A DNA stretch of 64,000 nucleotides from Pontibacterium sp. (GTDB lineage Bacteria > Pseudomonadota > Gammaproteobacteria > Pseudomonadales > Balneatricaceae), in NCBI GenBank assembly GCA_049599735.1, contig JBMYOX010000007.1, forward strand, positions 7,650 through 71,649. Reading direction: 5' to 3'. Below, in pieces: positions 43,601-51,758 of this stretch (positions within the stretch are counted from its first letter, which is position 1; each line of letters opens with the position of its first letter). The position numbers and the translations under genes were made by a program. The notes under the pieces are model-generated. The model had not been told where the DNA came from, did not search any database, and saw nothing but the letters and a program-made list of their open reading frames with translations.

Positions 43601-46310
43601 GGTTAATATCTCCCACGAACAACACGCTGTTCTGGGCAGAGTCATAGGCCCAGAGCTCAATACCCGCGCTGCCGTTATCGGCACTGAAATAGAGCGTATT
43701 GTCGATCACACCTAAAATTCGACTCAGGGAATCTCCGGCCCCCGCGTTCAGGTCAGTCAGCAGCTGAATCGAAGGGGCTGAGGGATCATAAGCCCAGAGT
43801 TCCTTACCGACCACAGCATGATCGGCCATAAAATAAATGATGCCGTTCATCCCGGTCAGGGAGACTGGCGTTGAGTCCGGGCTACCGGGATTAAGGTCAA
43901 CCACCATCTGCAGACTGTTATTGGCCGGATCATATGACCAGAGCTCGTTACCGGCCGCATCGCTGCTGTCCTGGAAGTAAAGCTTGCCATTAAAAACGGA
44001 CAGTGAATGAGCACTCTCATTACCTGATTGAAAATCAAGCACTTTCTGGGCCTGATCGGTCGCGGAGTCAAGCCGCCACAGGCTGCTGCTGTGATCTTCA
44101 TCGCGAGCCGTAAAATAAAGCTGGCCTGCCAGTTCGGTAAAATTACCCGGGTTGGCATCCCCTTCACCAACAACCAGGTCAGCAACCTGCTGACTTTCCT
44201 GCGTGAACGGATCATAAGACCAGAGTTCGTTACCGGTCACCGCGTCATCACCTGGAAAGTAGAGTTTTCCGGCAAACTCCGTGTAACCACGGGCCATGGA
44301 AAATGCGCCGCCCTCATTGGGTGTCGCAATTTTCCAGGCACGGTTAGCCGCCGGTGAATAGGCCCAGAATGAGGTGCTTTCGCTGCCGTCTTCAGTCGGC
44401 TCACGCATCCGGAAGATAAACGCCGTATCACCCACAATTAACGCCGGGGCATCGTTAACCGGGTTAACCGGCAGACTTGCGGTGGCATCCACGGTTTCAG
44501 TGCCGTCAGAGACCTGGTAGTTAAACAGGACTTCTCCGTTAAAGTGCGCCGCCGGGCTGAAGCTGTAAGTACCATCGCCGTTATCCGTTAATACACCCTG
44601 CGTGACATCAGCCAGGCTCAGTTGTGTCACGCTCAGGTTATCGCCATCTGCATCACTGGCATTGATTAACAAATCAGCCGTACTGAAGGACAGGCTGCTG
44701 TCCTCATCAACAGGAGGCAAGCTTACAAACTCACTGACAACCGGTACATCATTAACCGGGCTGATGGTCAGAGAAAGAGAGCCCTGAACAACACCGCCCT
44801 GCCCGTCACTAACTGTATAACTAAAGCTGTCACTGCCAAAATAGTGCGCGGCCGGGGTATAAGTAAAACTGCCATCGGCATTTAAAACCAGGGTACCGTG
44901 AGCCGGAGCCCCCCCGTCCGCCAGGGAGTAGGTCAGGCTGTCACCATCAGCGTCTGTCGCGGTCAACTGGCCTGTCAGCACTGTGTCTTCCGTAATTTCC
45001 ACCTCTGACGTTGTGCCTAATTTAAACAACTGACCTCGCACAGCCTTACCACTGGTATCATCACCGCTGTTACTGCCATCCGTCCAAAGTGCCACGAACC
45101 CGCCATCGGATAACACTGTCACTGTGGCCTCAAACTGGTCTCCGGCACTCGTGCTATTCACTAAAAACTCATCATCGATGAAACGACCATCATCTCCAAA
45201 CCTCTGGCCACGCACTGCATAAGCGTCATTACCCGCTTCACTATGATCCTGCCAAAGTACAACAAAACCACCCTCATCCAACGCAGTAACGGCCGGTTTT
45301 CGCTGCGTAGAGGTTGTCGTGGTATTCACCAAAAATTCGCCCCCTACTTTAGTGCCATCTGCCAGAAATACCTGCCCCCGCACCGCAAAACCGCTGGTGT
45401 CACCCCCACTGCTACTTTCATCGGTCCAGATGGCTACAAAACCACCCTTGGTCAGTGCTGTAATCGAGGCTTCATGCTGCCTGCCTGCCGTTGTACTGTT
45501 CACCAGAAATTCTGTTCCCAGTGGGCTACCATCGTCCATGAACTGCTGCCCACGCACGGAAAAATACTCCGTATCACCACCTGTTTTACTTTCATCCGTC
45601 CAGAGTACAACAAAGCCACCCTCGACAAGGGCAGTCACTGACGAATCTCTTTGAATATTAGAGGTCGTGGAGTTCACCAAAAATTCATCACCTGATACCT
45701 GACCGTCAGATGAAAACAATTGGCCCCGCACAGCTTGTGCACTGCTATCTCCGCCGCTTCGGCTATTATCTGTCCAGACGATAACAAAGCCACCATCATT
45801 TAAAGCGGTGACTGCTGGCTCATTTTGAGCGCGCAACGTTGTGCTATTAACCAGAAATTCATCACCTAGCTTGTTCGCCTCAGCCCCGAACATCTGCGCA
45901 CGTACCGCACCTAAACTTCTGTCACCACCACTGCCACTTGTATCCGTCCAGGTTACAACGAACCCCCCCCCTGCCAATGCAGTAGCATCTGCGTCACTTT
46001 GATAACCTTGGGTAATAGTATTCACCAAAAATTCATCATCAAACGCAGAACCATCAGCCGTAAATAACTGCCCCCGAACGGCACTTGAGCTGCTATCAGG
46101 CTCGTTATGACTATAATCCGTCCAGATCGCAACAAAACCGCCACCCGCCAATGCCACCACAACCGGGTCAAACTGATCATTTGCTGTAGCACTGTTTACC
46201 AGAAACTCAGTACCGGCCTTTACAAAGACATCAGACTGGAGGCCCGTTGCCTCAGGCATGGTATTAGCGGTTTGTGAACTAGTATAGAGATCTGAGTTGA
46301 GGGTACTCAT
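31641..46310 (-). CDS. Giant (~4,890 aa) repetitive surface/adhesin-like protein
   Basis: One uninterrupted ORF; GGAGG RBS before MSTLNS (46310); 42 EFLVNST..Q..P.V.AL..GGFV..W.D repeats, two ELWxYDP domains, Big_9/cadherin-like spacers (DADGDxLT, VNPVNDAP), dockerin-like C-terminus. Confidence 0.92.
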   Translation of the reverse strand: MSTLNSDLYTSSQTANTMPEATGLQSDVFVKAGTEFLVNSATANDQFDPVVVALAGGGFVAIWTDYSHNEPDSSSSAVRGQLFTADGSAFDDEFLVNTITQGYQSDADATALAGGGFVVTWTDTSGSGGDRSLGAVRAQMFGAEANKLGDEFLVNSTTLRAQNEPAVTALNDGGFVIVWTDNSRSGGDSSAQAVRGQLFSSDGQVSGDEFLVNSTTSNIQRDSSVTALVEGGFVVLWTDESKTGGDTEYFSVRGQQFMDDGSPLGTEFLVNSTTAGRQHEASITALTKGGFVAIWTDESSSGGDTSGFAVRGQVFLADGTKVGGEFLVNTTTTSTQRKPAVTALDEGGFVVLWQDHSEAGNDAYAVRGQRFGDDGRFIDDEFLVNSTSAGDQFEATVTVLSDGGFVALWTDGSNSGDDTSGKAVRGQLFKLGTTSEVEITEDTVLTGQLTATDADGDSLTYSLADGGAPAHGTLVLNADGSFTYTPAAHYFGSDSFSYTVSDGQGGVVQGSLSLTISPVNDVPVVSEFVSLPPVDEDSSLSFSTADLLINASDADGDNLSVTQLSLADVTQGVLTDNGDGTYSFSPAAHFNGEVLFNYQVSDGTETVDATASLPVNPVNDAPALIVGDTAFIFRMREPTEDGSESTSFWAYSPAANRAWKIATPNEGGAFSMARGYTEFAGKLYFPGDDAVTGNELWSYDPFTQESQQVADLVVGEGDANPGNFTELAGQLYFTARDEDHSSSLWRLDSATDQAQKVLDFQSGNESAHSLSVFNGKLYFQDSSDAAGNELWSYDPANNSLQMVVDLNPGSPDSTPVSLTGMNGIIYFMADHAVVGKELWAYDPSAPSIQLLTDLNAGAGDSLSRILGVIDNTLYFSADNGSAGIELWAYDSAQNSVLFVGDINPGSGSSNPGEFSSFVLDNRLYFGANGGSGEEPWVYDPEVNTLQMLGDIPGSGDANTRFITDQNGIVYFTATTWWGNGESNELWSYDPVTGALTQVSDLSPSGSSPIDPNDFPTDPNNFDFNYFVAQQPLIYTEGSEAVSAVVVLSLNDIDDAQMASASITISEGFTAGDVLAVDTADTGISARYDATSGVLTLSGPGSLAQYQQLLQSVTYQGGQNPTALSDSRTLSFSVTDADTDGTGAQTTTASSVINIQARSEALAELQPGYLIKEGAEFLVNTDTAGDQTAPTVTALSGGGFVALWTDANPASGDGEGSAITGQLFADDGTLLGEAFQVNSSSASNQEAPTVTALAEGGFVALWTDWSQTGEDADSTAVRGQLFTADGTRQGSEFLVNTTTAGYQSTATVTAQADGGFVALWMDWSENATLGTNVMGQRFTADGSKTGDEFLIDNASEGNQDGPTVTGLSDGGFVALWQDYSLAGQDTEGSAVRAQMFMADGSLLGDVFQVNTSTAGYQSEPVVTALSEGGFVAVWEDWSASGGDTEGSAIRGQIFDAAGGQLGSELLINSSTAGYQFTPAVVGLSDGGFVVSWKDLNPSGVDGVGSALRAQAFGADGSMTGGEFVLSTTVAGDQQMPSLSALDNGGVIALWQDESGTGGDTDGSAVRAQMFMPAAALEVTQDEVLSGHLNATGAGINSLVYQLTADGQPDNGTLVLAQDGAFTYTPTQGFEGEDSFTYEVRESGNGVLEHTVFLTVNAFIVPNALPEISGPVVLPAIDEEGSISFSSDALLANASDANGDALNVTQLTLTDNSQGTLIEHTDGTYSFTPVADFNGELTFNYQVSDGTAAVAATATLTVNPVNDAPEVIRHQTELFVKAGDEFLVNSSTNSYQHSPVVTVLSDGNFVVLWSDNSQTGGDTSFYAVRGQLFAADGSAVNDEFLVNSTTANNQSSPSVTALDNGGFVALWINDPANPDVPSIRGQLFDADARPVNEEFVLDILGIPKLTTLSGGGFVATWAQVNEEDGAADIHGQVFAADATPLGEAFQVNSIVTNNQTEPAVTALTTGGFAVLWTDWSQSEDDTSSYAVRGQTFAADGSQTGDEFLVNSTTPGGQTEPSVSALANGGFVAVWTDYSQSGDDPHAQAVHGQLFAADGSKVADEFLVNTTVTSSQYKPAVAGLSDGGFIALWQDSSFTGADNSNQAVRAQQFAADGTPVGEEFLVNSTTKGYQGAPVVAELADGSVVALWEDRSQTGGDTSESSIRGQLLQLTLPADAEAVEDTPLTGQLVASDMDGDSLSYALAQDGEPAHGTLLLNADGSYTYNPEPDFVGNDSFTYQVSDGQGGVTLASVSLTVSGVNDAPALIVGDTAFIFRMREPTEDGSESTSFWAYSPAANRAWKIATPNEGGAFSMARGYTEFAGKLYFPGDDAVTGNELWSYDPFTQESQQVADLVVGEGDANPGNFTELAGQLYFTARDEDHSSSLWRLDSATDQAQKVLDFQSGNESAHSLSVFNGKLYFQDSSDAAGNELWSYDPANNSLQMVVDLNPGSPDSTPVSLTGMNGIIYFMADHAVVGKELWAYDPSAPSIQLLTDLNAGAGDSLSRILGVIDNTLYFSADNGSAGIELWAYDSAQNSVLFVGDINPGSGSSNPGEFSSFVLDNRLYFGANGGSGEEPWVYDPEVNTLQMLGDIPGSGDANTRFITDQNGIVYFTATTWWGNGESNELWSYDPVTGALTQVSDLSPSGSSPIDPNDFPTDPNNFDFNYFVAQQPLIYTEGSEAVSAVVVLSLNDIDDAQMASASITISEGFTAGDVLAVDTADTGISARYDATSGVLTLSGPGSLAQYQQLLQSVTYQGGQNPTALSDSRTLSFSVTDADTDGTGAQTTTASSVINIQARSEALAELQPGYLIKEGAEFLVNTDTAGDQTAPTVTALSGGGFVALWTDANPASGDGEGSAITGQLFADDGTLLGEAFQVNSSSASNQEAPTVTALAEGGFVALWTDWSQTGEDADSTAVRGQLFTADGTRQGSEFLVNTTTAGYQSTATVTAQADGGFVALWMDWSENATLGTNVMGQRFAADGSKTGDEFIISNLSAGNQEGPAITALANGSFVALWQDYSLTGPDQDSSAVRGQLFDSMGNKSGAELQINTSTAGYQSEPTVAALDTGGFIAVWEDWSATGGDTEGTAIRGQQFDAQGIKVGEELLVNSTTASFQFTPSVVAQPGGGFVVAWMDLNAAGIGGQGKLVRAQAFDTDGTKTGGEFILSTTTSDDQQTPVLSALNDGRVLALWEDSSASGGDTEGLAVRGQLFVAANALETTENSVLTGHLNDTGARSDSLIYQLSADGQPENGTLELNAEGGFTYTPDPDYNGVDSFTYEVRESGNGVIQNTLYITVNIDNEVPQISAPVTLPAIDEDSSLSFSTADLLVNASDADGDVLSVTGLTLADTDQGVLTNQGDGTYSFSPAADFNGEVQFNYQVTDGTDTVDSTVSLLVNPVNDAPEIQPLQTEAFFKTGDELLVSSNLRGEWLAHPQVTALADGSFVSIWMDYKNTSDDNSGYSIRGQLFMADGSLSGEEFLVNSTTVNSQQDPAISALSDGGFVAVWQDDSESNGDSSGAAVRGQRFTADATRSGEEFLINSTTSNFQYEPAVTGLSDGGFVALWRDTSQSGEDTSYDAVRGQRFAADGSPSGTEFLVNSTIYSHQAQPSVDSLSGGGFVAVWWDWSPGDSTSMMTAVRGQLYEADGSRLGEEFLVSSIAAGVSHSDLVVTTLADDGFVVTWRDNNHKADGDDGSGLVVRGQLFSADGAKINNEFQVNTTTAGNQSGPSVTALTDGGFMTLWHDNSQSGEDVSGYAVRGQRFSADGSLNGPELLINSTTTGNQLLPAVAALNDGGLVAFWKDADQGASAIRAQLFETEVTEGLITFEDGVLAGQLTATDADDDSLTYSLVAGGEPAHGTLVLNTDGSFTYTPAANYFGSDSFSYTVSDGQGVVQGSLPLIISSVNDAPVVSAPVTLSAIAEDSSLSFSTADLLINARDTDGDVLNVTGLTLADTAQGALTNQGDGTYSFSPTADFNGDVQFNYQVTDGTDTVATTASLLVNPINDAPVVSAPVTLSAITEESTAFFSASDLLANSHDADGDNLNVSQVRLADATRGVLTDQGDGTYSFSPTADFNGDVQFNYRISDGTDTVDTTASLLVNPANDAPVVSAPVTLSAIAEDSSLSFSTADLLINARDTDGDVLNVTGLTLADTAQGALTNQGDGTYSFSPTADFNGDVQFNYQVTDGTDTVATTASLLVNPVNDAPEIEYLRTETLSKTGAEFLVNSTTESYQHSAAVTALTGGGFVVLWSDYSQSGEDTSVYAVRGQRFAADGSAVDSEFMVNTTTTGNQSAPAVSALEDGGFIAMWSDASSGYVVAQRFTENATPVNGEFIVNESLSNGQGQPEVAGLSDGGFVAVWSEVGEELGIADVRAQVFAADGSLTGGEILVNSITADQQSVPAVTALTNGNFVVLWADNSQSGGAVGEFEIMGQLFSAGGSKINEAFQVNNTVTYLQNDPVVTSLADGGFVALWTDYSTSDDDPHGHAVRGQVFNADGSESGGEFLVNTTLSGSQSDPSVTALSDGSFIAFWQDLSFTGEDTSSYAVRGQRFMSDGSKAGEEFLANSTTTGAQLEPVVTELSGGRIVVLWEDRSQTGDDTSESAIRGQLFNLDITQGGKITEGETLTGQLTATDADGDSLIYGLSDGGAPVHGALELNSEGGFTYTPEQDFVGMDSFVYEVSDGKGGLIRDTLNIDVQKDMTDTSVTFDLAGSIAYWSDNSQKISATDITLRENGEPVSVLVSEEDGSFNFSGLNSEAAYELEMEHPSPVSEDYVAAVSAADASTAARLAVGLIEGSNEYQKMAADVDGNGVISAADASMIARQAVGLIQLDGWQFVSALTETEQAQLADDPSRASNEVFPAPAPDVVFNEGQTAYDYVGILLGDVDGSWTAELEELNNV
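33736..34619. repeat. Three tandem 297-bp (99-aa) cadherin-like units; units 1 and 3 appear identical over 290 bp
   Basis: GGATTAACCAACAGACTTGCGG recurs at 33736, 34033 and 34330; 33736-34025 matches 34330-34619. Confidence 0.9.
37360..39551. repeat. 2,192-bp direct repeat, copy A
   Basis: Matches 42268-44459 at offset 4,908 bp; six shadow ORFs in the track are identical at this offset; one mismatch seen (37391 C vs 42299 T). Confidence 0.93.
42268..44459. repeat. 2,192-bp direct repeat, copy B
   Basis: Same as copy A; boundaries read by eye (AATTCGTCACC start, CATCGTTAAC end). Confidence 0.93.
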
Positions 46311-46641
46311 TAAAAATCCTCCCTGACTCACCGGGCAAATAGCCAGTAAAGCATCCCATATATTCACTGCAGGCAGTAAGCATATGCAGACACTTCAGCT
46401 TCGGGGGCTGACTGCATCGGTCTTTGATTAATAAAGTTGGTTGAAATTTTTATCAACACGGACTATGTGTCTAAATATGGCCGTAACTCTATTGGCAACC
46501 TGATTTTTGATCAAGATACCCTATTTACCGGATACGTTAATCTTGACTAAGGTTCTGATGTTTATTCAATTATTCATAAAGCACTACTGAAATTCGTAGT
46601 ATTCAGACCCAAAACGCTTAACCGGCCATCCTGAATCAGCC

Positions 46642-46675
46642 AAAAAAAAAGCGGCTACCCTTTCGGATAACCGCC
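46642..46675 (-). terminator. Rho-independent terminator of the gcvP transcript
   Basis: Minus strand GGCGGTTATCC-GAAA-GGGTAGCCGC followed by 9 T. Confidence 0.9.
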
Positions 46676-46794
46676 TGAACGTCTTTTGCTATGCAGATTA
46701 AAACCTGCGATGTTTCCATCACAAATGATTACGGTCTGCGGCCGTAAACGCAGAGCCCGGGAAGCCGGAATGGCTGTCCCGGTTCAGATTAAAA

Positions 46795-49680
46795 TTACTC
46801 GTCCTGGTAGGTTTCAATAGCCGGGCAGGAACAAATAAAGTTACGGTCACCGTAAACGTTATCGATACGGTTAGAAGTGGGCCAGAATTTGCTCTGACGG
46901 GTGTGTTCGGTTGGGAACACTGCTTCCTCACGGGAGTAAGCACGATCCCAGTCACCCGAGGTCAGATCATCCTGTGTATGAGGCGCGTGATGCAGCGGGT
47001 TGTTCTCAGCTGTCCACTCACCGCTTTGTACACGCTCAATTTCACCTTTGATTTTTACCATCGCTTCAATAAAACGATCCAGCTCAGCTTTAGATTCTGA
47101 TTCTGTTGGCTCGATCATCAGCGTACCTGCCACCGGGAATGACATAGTCGGTGCATGGAAGCCGTAGTCCATCAAACGCTTGGCGATATCTTCTTCAGTC
47201 ACACCAGAGGCTTCTTTGATTGGACGGATATCCACGATGCACTCATGGGCCACTTTATTGTTGCGGCCACGATATAAAATCGGGAAATCTGCCGCCAGCT
47301 TTTCTGTCAGGTAGTTAGCGTTCAGGATCGCTACTTCGGTTGAGCGTTTCAGCCCGTCTTTACCCAGCATACGGTTGTACATCCAGGTAATCGGCAGGAT
47401 AGAGGCAGAACCATAAGGGGTTGCAGCAACCGCACCGTTTTCCGGGTTCAGACCTTCAACCGGGCTAACCTTATGGCTGGCCAGGAAAGGCGCCAGATGG
47501 CTTTTAACACCAATCGGTCCCATGCCCGGGCCACCACCGCCATGCGGGATCGCAAAGGTTTTGTGCAGGTTTAAATGAGAGACATCAGAACCGATTGCAC
47601 CCGGCTTGGAAATACCCACCTGTGCATTCATGTTCGCGCCATCCATATACACCTGGCCACCAAACTTATGAATGATCTGGCAGATCTCGACGATATCTTC
47701 TTCGTAAATACCGTGGGTAGACGGATAAGTGATCATCAGGGTCGACAGGTTTTCAGCATGCTGCTCGGCTTTCTCAGCCAGATCAGCCACATCCACATTA
47801 CCTTTCTCATCACATTTAGTGACGATGATTTTCATATCCATCATCGCGGCAGTTGCCGGGTTTGTACCGTGCGCAGAAGATGGAATCAGGCAGACGTTAC
47901 GATGACCTTCACCAATAGACTCCTGATACTTACGAATCGCCAGCAGACCTGCGTATTCACCAGAGGCACCAGAGTTTGGCTGCAAGGAAACGGCATCATA
48001 ACCGGTAATTTCAACCAGCTGATCTTCCAGCTGGTGCAACATAGCATGATAACCTTTCACCTGATCAGCCGGTGCAAAAGGGTGCATGTTAGAGAATTCA
48101 GGCCAGGTCACAGGAATCATCTGTGCCGTAGCATTTAGCTTCATGGTGCAGGAACCCAACGGGATCATGCCGTGCACCAACGAGTAATCTTTGTTTTCCA
48201 GACGTTTCATATAACGCAGCATTTCAGTTTCAGACTGGTAGCTGTTGAACGTCGGGTGGCTCAGGATGGCATCTTCACGACGCATCGCCGCTTTAATACC
48301 GGTTTCTTCACCTGCCGTAATGCGCGCATCAATAGCCGCTACATCCAGACCATGGTCCGCACCCAGGATGATTGCAAACAACTCAGCCACATCGGCAGCG
48401 GTGGTTGTTTCATCCAGGCTGACACCCAGTTTTGTTGTATCAAACTGACGGAAGTTGCAGCCATTATCCAGTGCACGCTGATAAACCGTACTATCGGCAG
48501 TAAACGTCAGAGTGTCGAAGTAAGTCCCGTTAACGTCAAGGCCTTTCTCTTTCAGGCCGCTGGCCAGAATAGCCGTCAGACGGTGAACACGCTCAGCAAT
48601 GGTTTTCAGGCCATCAGGGCCGTGGTAAACTGCGTAGAAGCTTGCCATATTGGCCAGCAGCGCCTGAGCCGTACAGATGTTGGACGTCGCTTTCTCACGG
48701 CGGATATGCTGTTCACGGGTCTGCATTGCCATGCGCAATGCCTGGTTACCATTGACATCAATCGAAACACCGATAATACGGCCAGGCACCGAACGTTTCA
48801 GTTTTTCGCTGGCAGCAAAGAATGCCGCGTGTGGGCCACCAAAGCCCATAGGCACACCAAAACGCTGGGAAGAACCAAAGACAACATCAGCGCCCAGCTC
48901 ACCCGGTGCTTTTAACAAAACCAGTGCCAGAAGGTCAGCGGCAACCGCCACCATCGCTTTCTGCGCTTTGGCTTTAACAATCAGTGCTGCAATATCTGTA
49001 ATGTCACCGGTTGTGCCAGGGTACTGCAGCAACACACCAAAGGCATCGTAGTCAGACAGTTTTTCAGCAGCATCAACTACCACCTCAAAACCAAAGTATT
49101 CAGCGCGGGTTTTAACCACATCAAGCGTCTGTGGGTGTACATCATCAGCCACAAAGAACAGGTTGCTCTTTTTGCGGTTTGAACGCTTACAAAGTGTCAT
49201 GGCTTCAGCAGCAGCCGTGGCTTCATCCAGCAGAGAGGCATTTGCCAGATCCATACCGGTCAGGTCCATCACCATCTGCTGATAGTTCAGCAAAGCTTCC
49301 AGACGACCCTGAGCAATCTCAGGCTGATAAGGTGTATAGGCAGTATACCAGCCCGGATTTTCCATCACGTTACGAAGAATGACATTAGGCACGTGAGTAT
49401 TGTGATAACCCATGCCGATGTAAGACTTGTTCACCTTGTTCTGGTCAGCCAGTGCTTTAAGTTCAGCCAGTGCTTCAACTTCACTGATACCCAGATCCAT
49501 ATCGAGTGCATCATCCAGGCGGATGGAATCGGGTACGGTCTGTTCTATCAGTTCATCCAGGGTATTAACACCCAGTGTTTCCAGCATGGCTTGCTGCTCT
49601 GCAGCATCCGGTCCGACGTGCCGACGGGTAAATTCGTTACGCTGTTCCAGCTCGCTCAGTGTGCGCGTTTCAACTGCCAT
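46795..49680 (-). CDS. gcvP: Glycine dehydrogenase (decarboxylating), glycine cleavage P protein
   Basis: [56 protein letters not shown] (PLP Lys), IEPTESE. Confidence 0.97.
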   Translation of the reverse strand: MAVETRTLSELEQRNEFTRRHVGPDAAEQQAMLETLGVNTLDELIEQTVPDSIRLDDALDMDLGISEVEALAELKALADQNKVNKSYIGMGYHNTHVPNVILRNVMENPGWYTAYTPYQPEIAQGRLEALLNYQQMVMDLTGMDLANASLLDEATAAAEAMTLCKRSNRKKSNLFFVADDVHPQTLDVVKTRAEYFGFEVVVDAAEKLSDYDAFGVLLQYPGTTGDITDIAALIVKAKAQKAMVAVAADLLALVLLKAPGELGADVVFGSSQRFGVPMGFGGPHAAFFAASEKLKRSVPGRIIGVSIDVNGNQALRMAMQTREQHIRREKATSNICTAQALLANMASFYAVYHGPDGLKTIAERVHRLTAILASGLKEKGLDVNGTYFDTLTFTADSTVYQRALDNGCNFRQFDTTKLGVSLDETTTAADVAELFAIILGADHGLDVAAIDARITAGEETGIKAAMRREDAILSHPTFNSYQSETEMLRYMKRLENKDYSLVHGMIPLGSCTMKLNATAQMIPVTWPEFSNMHPFAPADQVKGYHAMLHQLEDQLVEITGYDAVSLQPNSGASGEYAGLLAIRKYQESIGEGHRNVCLIPSSAHGTNPATAAMMDMKIIVTKCDEKGNVDVADLAEKAEQHAENLSTLMITYPSTHGIYEEDIVEICQIIHKFGGQVYMDGANMNAQVGISKPGAIGSDVSHLNLHKTFAIPHGGGGPGMGPIGVKSHLAPFLASHKVSPVEGLNPENGAVAATPYGSASILPITWMYNRMLGKDGLKRSTEVAILNANYLTEKLAADFPILYRGRNNKVAHECIVDIRPIKEASGVTEEDIAKRLMDYGFHAPTMSFPVAGTLMIEPTESESKAELDRFIEAMVKIKGEIERVQSGEWTAENNPLHHAPHTQDDLTSGDWDRAYSREEAVFPTEHTRQSKFWPTSNRIDNVYGDRNFICSCPAIETYQDE

Positions 49681-49902
49681 TTTTATCAACCTGTTCCTGT
49701 CCTCTGCTTACAGCATAAACAGAGGGTATTTATCTTATAATAACCCCGGCCTGACGAGGTTTCCTCACCAGGCGAAGAGTACGCTATTTAGCATCAAAGC
49801 GCCTCTTAAAAAGGGTGCGGGGTGATTCTGCACAACCACCCCGCATTTGCATTGAAGAGTTGATCGGGGGACAAATAAGGCCGGGGCAACCCGACCAAAC
49901 AA

Positions 49903-50295
49903 TCAACCCTCTTCAGCAACCTTAGCTTCATAACCTGTGGCATCCAACAGGTTATCCAGCTCTGCACTGTCAGACAGCTTGATCTTTGCAATCCAGCCGC
50001 CGGTAAAGGCTTCATCGTTAACCGTCTCAGGTGCATCTTCCAGTGCTTCGTTAACGGCAACTACTTCACCGCTAACCGGCGCATAGATATCAGAGGCAGC
50101 TTTGACAGACTCTACCAGTGAAAACTCTTCACCAGCTTCAACTTCACGGCCTGTTTCAGGCAATTCAACAAAAACCACATCACCCAGAAGCTCCTGAGCA
50201 TGATCAGAAATACCTACGGTTACGGTGCCATCACCATTGTCCAGAACCCATTCGTGAGAGGGTGCAAACTTCAGATTAGCGGGTACATTGCTCAT
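49903..50295 (-). CDS. gcvH: Glycine cleavage H protein
   Basis: [34 protein letters not shown] lipoyl-Lys motif. Confidence 0.97.
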   Translation of the reverse strand: MSNVPANLKFAPSHEWVLDNGDGTVTVGISDHAQELLGDVVFVELPETGREVEAGEEFSLVESVKAASDIYAPVSGEVVAVNEALEDAPETVNDEAFTGGWIAKIKLSDSAELDNLLDATGYEAKVAEEG

Positions 50296-50383
50296 ATTTT
50301 TTTCCTCAAGCTGTTTGTAACGTCAGGCTCGGGTGCGAAGGTCATCACCACCTCACACCCGGCTGTTTGTTTAATGATTCAAA

Positions 50384-51688
50384 TTAGCGGTAAAGCGGGA
50401 AACGTTCACAAAGTGCCTTAACCTGCGCGCCTACTTTAGCTTCAACCGCACTGTTATCTTCAGGATTAGCCGCCAGGCCATCCAGAACATCACCGATCAG
50501 GTTACCGATCAGGCGGAACTCTTCTTCACCGAAACCACGGCTTGTACCCGCTGGCGTACCCAGACGCACACCGGAGGTCACCATTGGTTTCTCAGGATCG
50601 AACGGGATACCGTTCTTGTTGCAGGTAATGCCTGCACGTTCCAGAGATTCTTCGGTCGCGTTGCCTTTCAGACCTTTCGGGCGCAAATCAACCAGCATCA
50701 GGTGTGTATCAGTACCACCGGTGACGATGTCACAGCCACGCTCAACCAGCGTTTCAGCCAGTACAGATGCGTTTTTAACAACCTGTTTGATGTAATCAGT
50801 GAACTGCGGCTGCAGCGCTTCACCGAAAGCAACCGCTTTTGATGCGATCACGTGCATCAGTGGACCACCCTGCAAACCCGGGAATACGGCAGAGTTGATC
50901 TTCTTGCCCAGATCCGGATCGTTAGACAGCACCATACCACCACGAGGACCCCGCAGGGTTTTGTGGGTTGTGGTTGTTACAATGTGAGCGTGTGGCAGCG
51001 GGCTTGGGTGCTGACCTGTCGCGATCAAACCAGCGATGTGCGCCATATCAACCATCAGGTATGCGCCTACTTTATCAGCGATCGCGCGGAAACGAGCGAA
51101 GTCGATTTCACGAGGGATTGCAGAACCACCGGCGATAATCAGTTTTGGCTGGCACTCAACAGCCTGCGCTTCAACGGCATCGTAATCGATACGCTGAGTC
51201 TCTTTGTCTACGCCGTACTGTTCAGCGTTAAACCATTTACCAGACTGAGCAGGACGTGCACCGTGAGTCAGGTGACCACCCGCGTCCAGGGACATACCCA
51301 GAATGGTATCGCCTGGCTGCAGCAGTGCCATAAATACGGCACCGTTAGCCTGTGCACCGGAGTGAGGCTGTACGTTGACGTATTCACAGTTGAACAGCTG
51401 TTTAGCACGTGCGATTGCCAGCGCTTCCACTTCGTCCACATATTCACAACCGCCGTAATAACGACGACCAACGTAACCTTCCGCGTATTTATTGGTCAGG
51501 ACTGTGCCCTGGGCTTCCATCACCGCTTTAGATACGATGTTTTCAGAAGCTATCAGCTCAATGCCATCTTCCTGGCGGTGAAATTCGCGCTCAACCGCAG
51601 CCTTAACAGCAGCGTCGGCATCAGCCAGATCACAGGTGAAGAATGTTTCGCTCACAGCGTCGTTTCGATACAGATCACTTTTGCTCAT
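50384..51688 (-). CDS. glyA: Serine hydroxymethyltransferase
   Basis: [51 protein letters not shown]. Confidence 0.97.
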   Translation of the reverse strand: MSKSDLYRNDAVSETFFTCDLADADAAVKAAVEREFHRQEDGIELIASENIVSKAVMEAQGTVLTNKYAEGYVGRRYYGGCEYVDEVEALAIARAKQLFNCEYVNVQPHSGAQANGAVFMALLQPGDTILGMSLDAGGHLTHGARPAQSGKWFNAEQYGVDKETQRIDYDAVEAQAVECQPKLIIAGGSAIPREIDFARFRAIADKVGAYLMVDMAHIAGLIATGQHPSPLPHAHIVTTTTHKTLRGPRGGMVLSNDPDLGKKINSAVFPGLQGGPLMHVIASKAVAFGEALQPQFTDYIKQVVKNASVLAETLVERGCDIVTGGTDTHLMLVDLRPKGLKGNATEESLERAGITCNKNGIPFDPEKPMVTSGVRLGTPAGTSRGFGEEEFRLIGNLIGDVLDGLAANPEDNSAVEAKVGAQVKALCERFPLYR

Positions 51689-51758
51689 GGTATGGATCTC
51701 AGTTTGTTATTTTCAGAAAAATTCATCAGCGCAGCCGGGGCCGCCGTTCAGGTCTAAA

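Noticed and set aside
37360-44459. Repeat offset (4,908 bp) equals the listed ORF length (4,908 aa)
   Set aside because: Numerical coincidence; the likely true start gives ~4,889 aa.
31641-46310. RTX toxin or LapA-type adhesin call
   Set aside because: No GGxGxDxxx nonapeptides, no recognisable LapG retention module and no T1SS genes in the window.
31641-46310. CRISPR-like periodic repeats
   Set aside because: The periodicity is protein-coding repeats within one ORF, not constant repeats with unique spacers.
50852-51757. 301-aa antisense ORF (likewise 48172-48915, 59073-59900, 55094-55819)
   Set aside because: Opposite-strand shadows of glyA, gcvP, uvrB and gcvT caused by codon bias.
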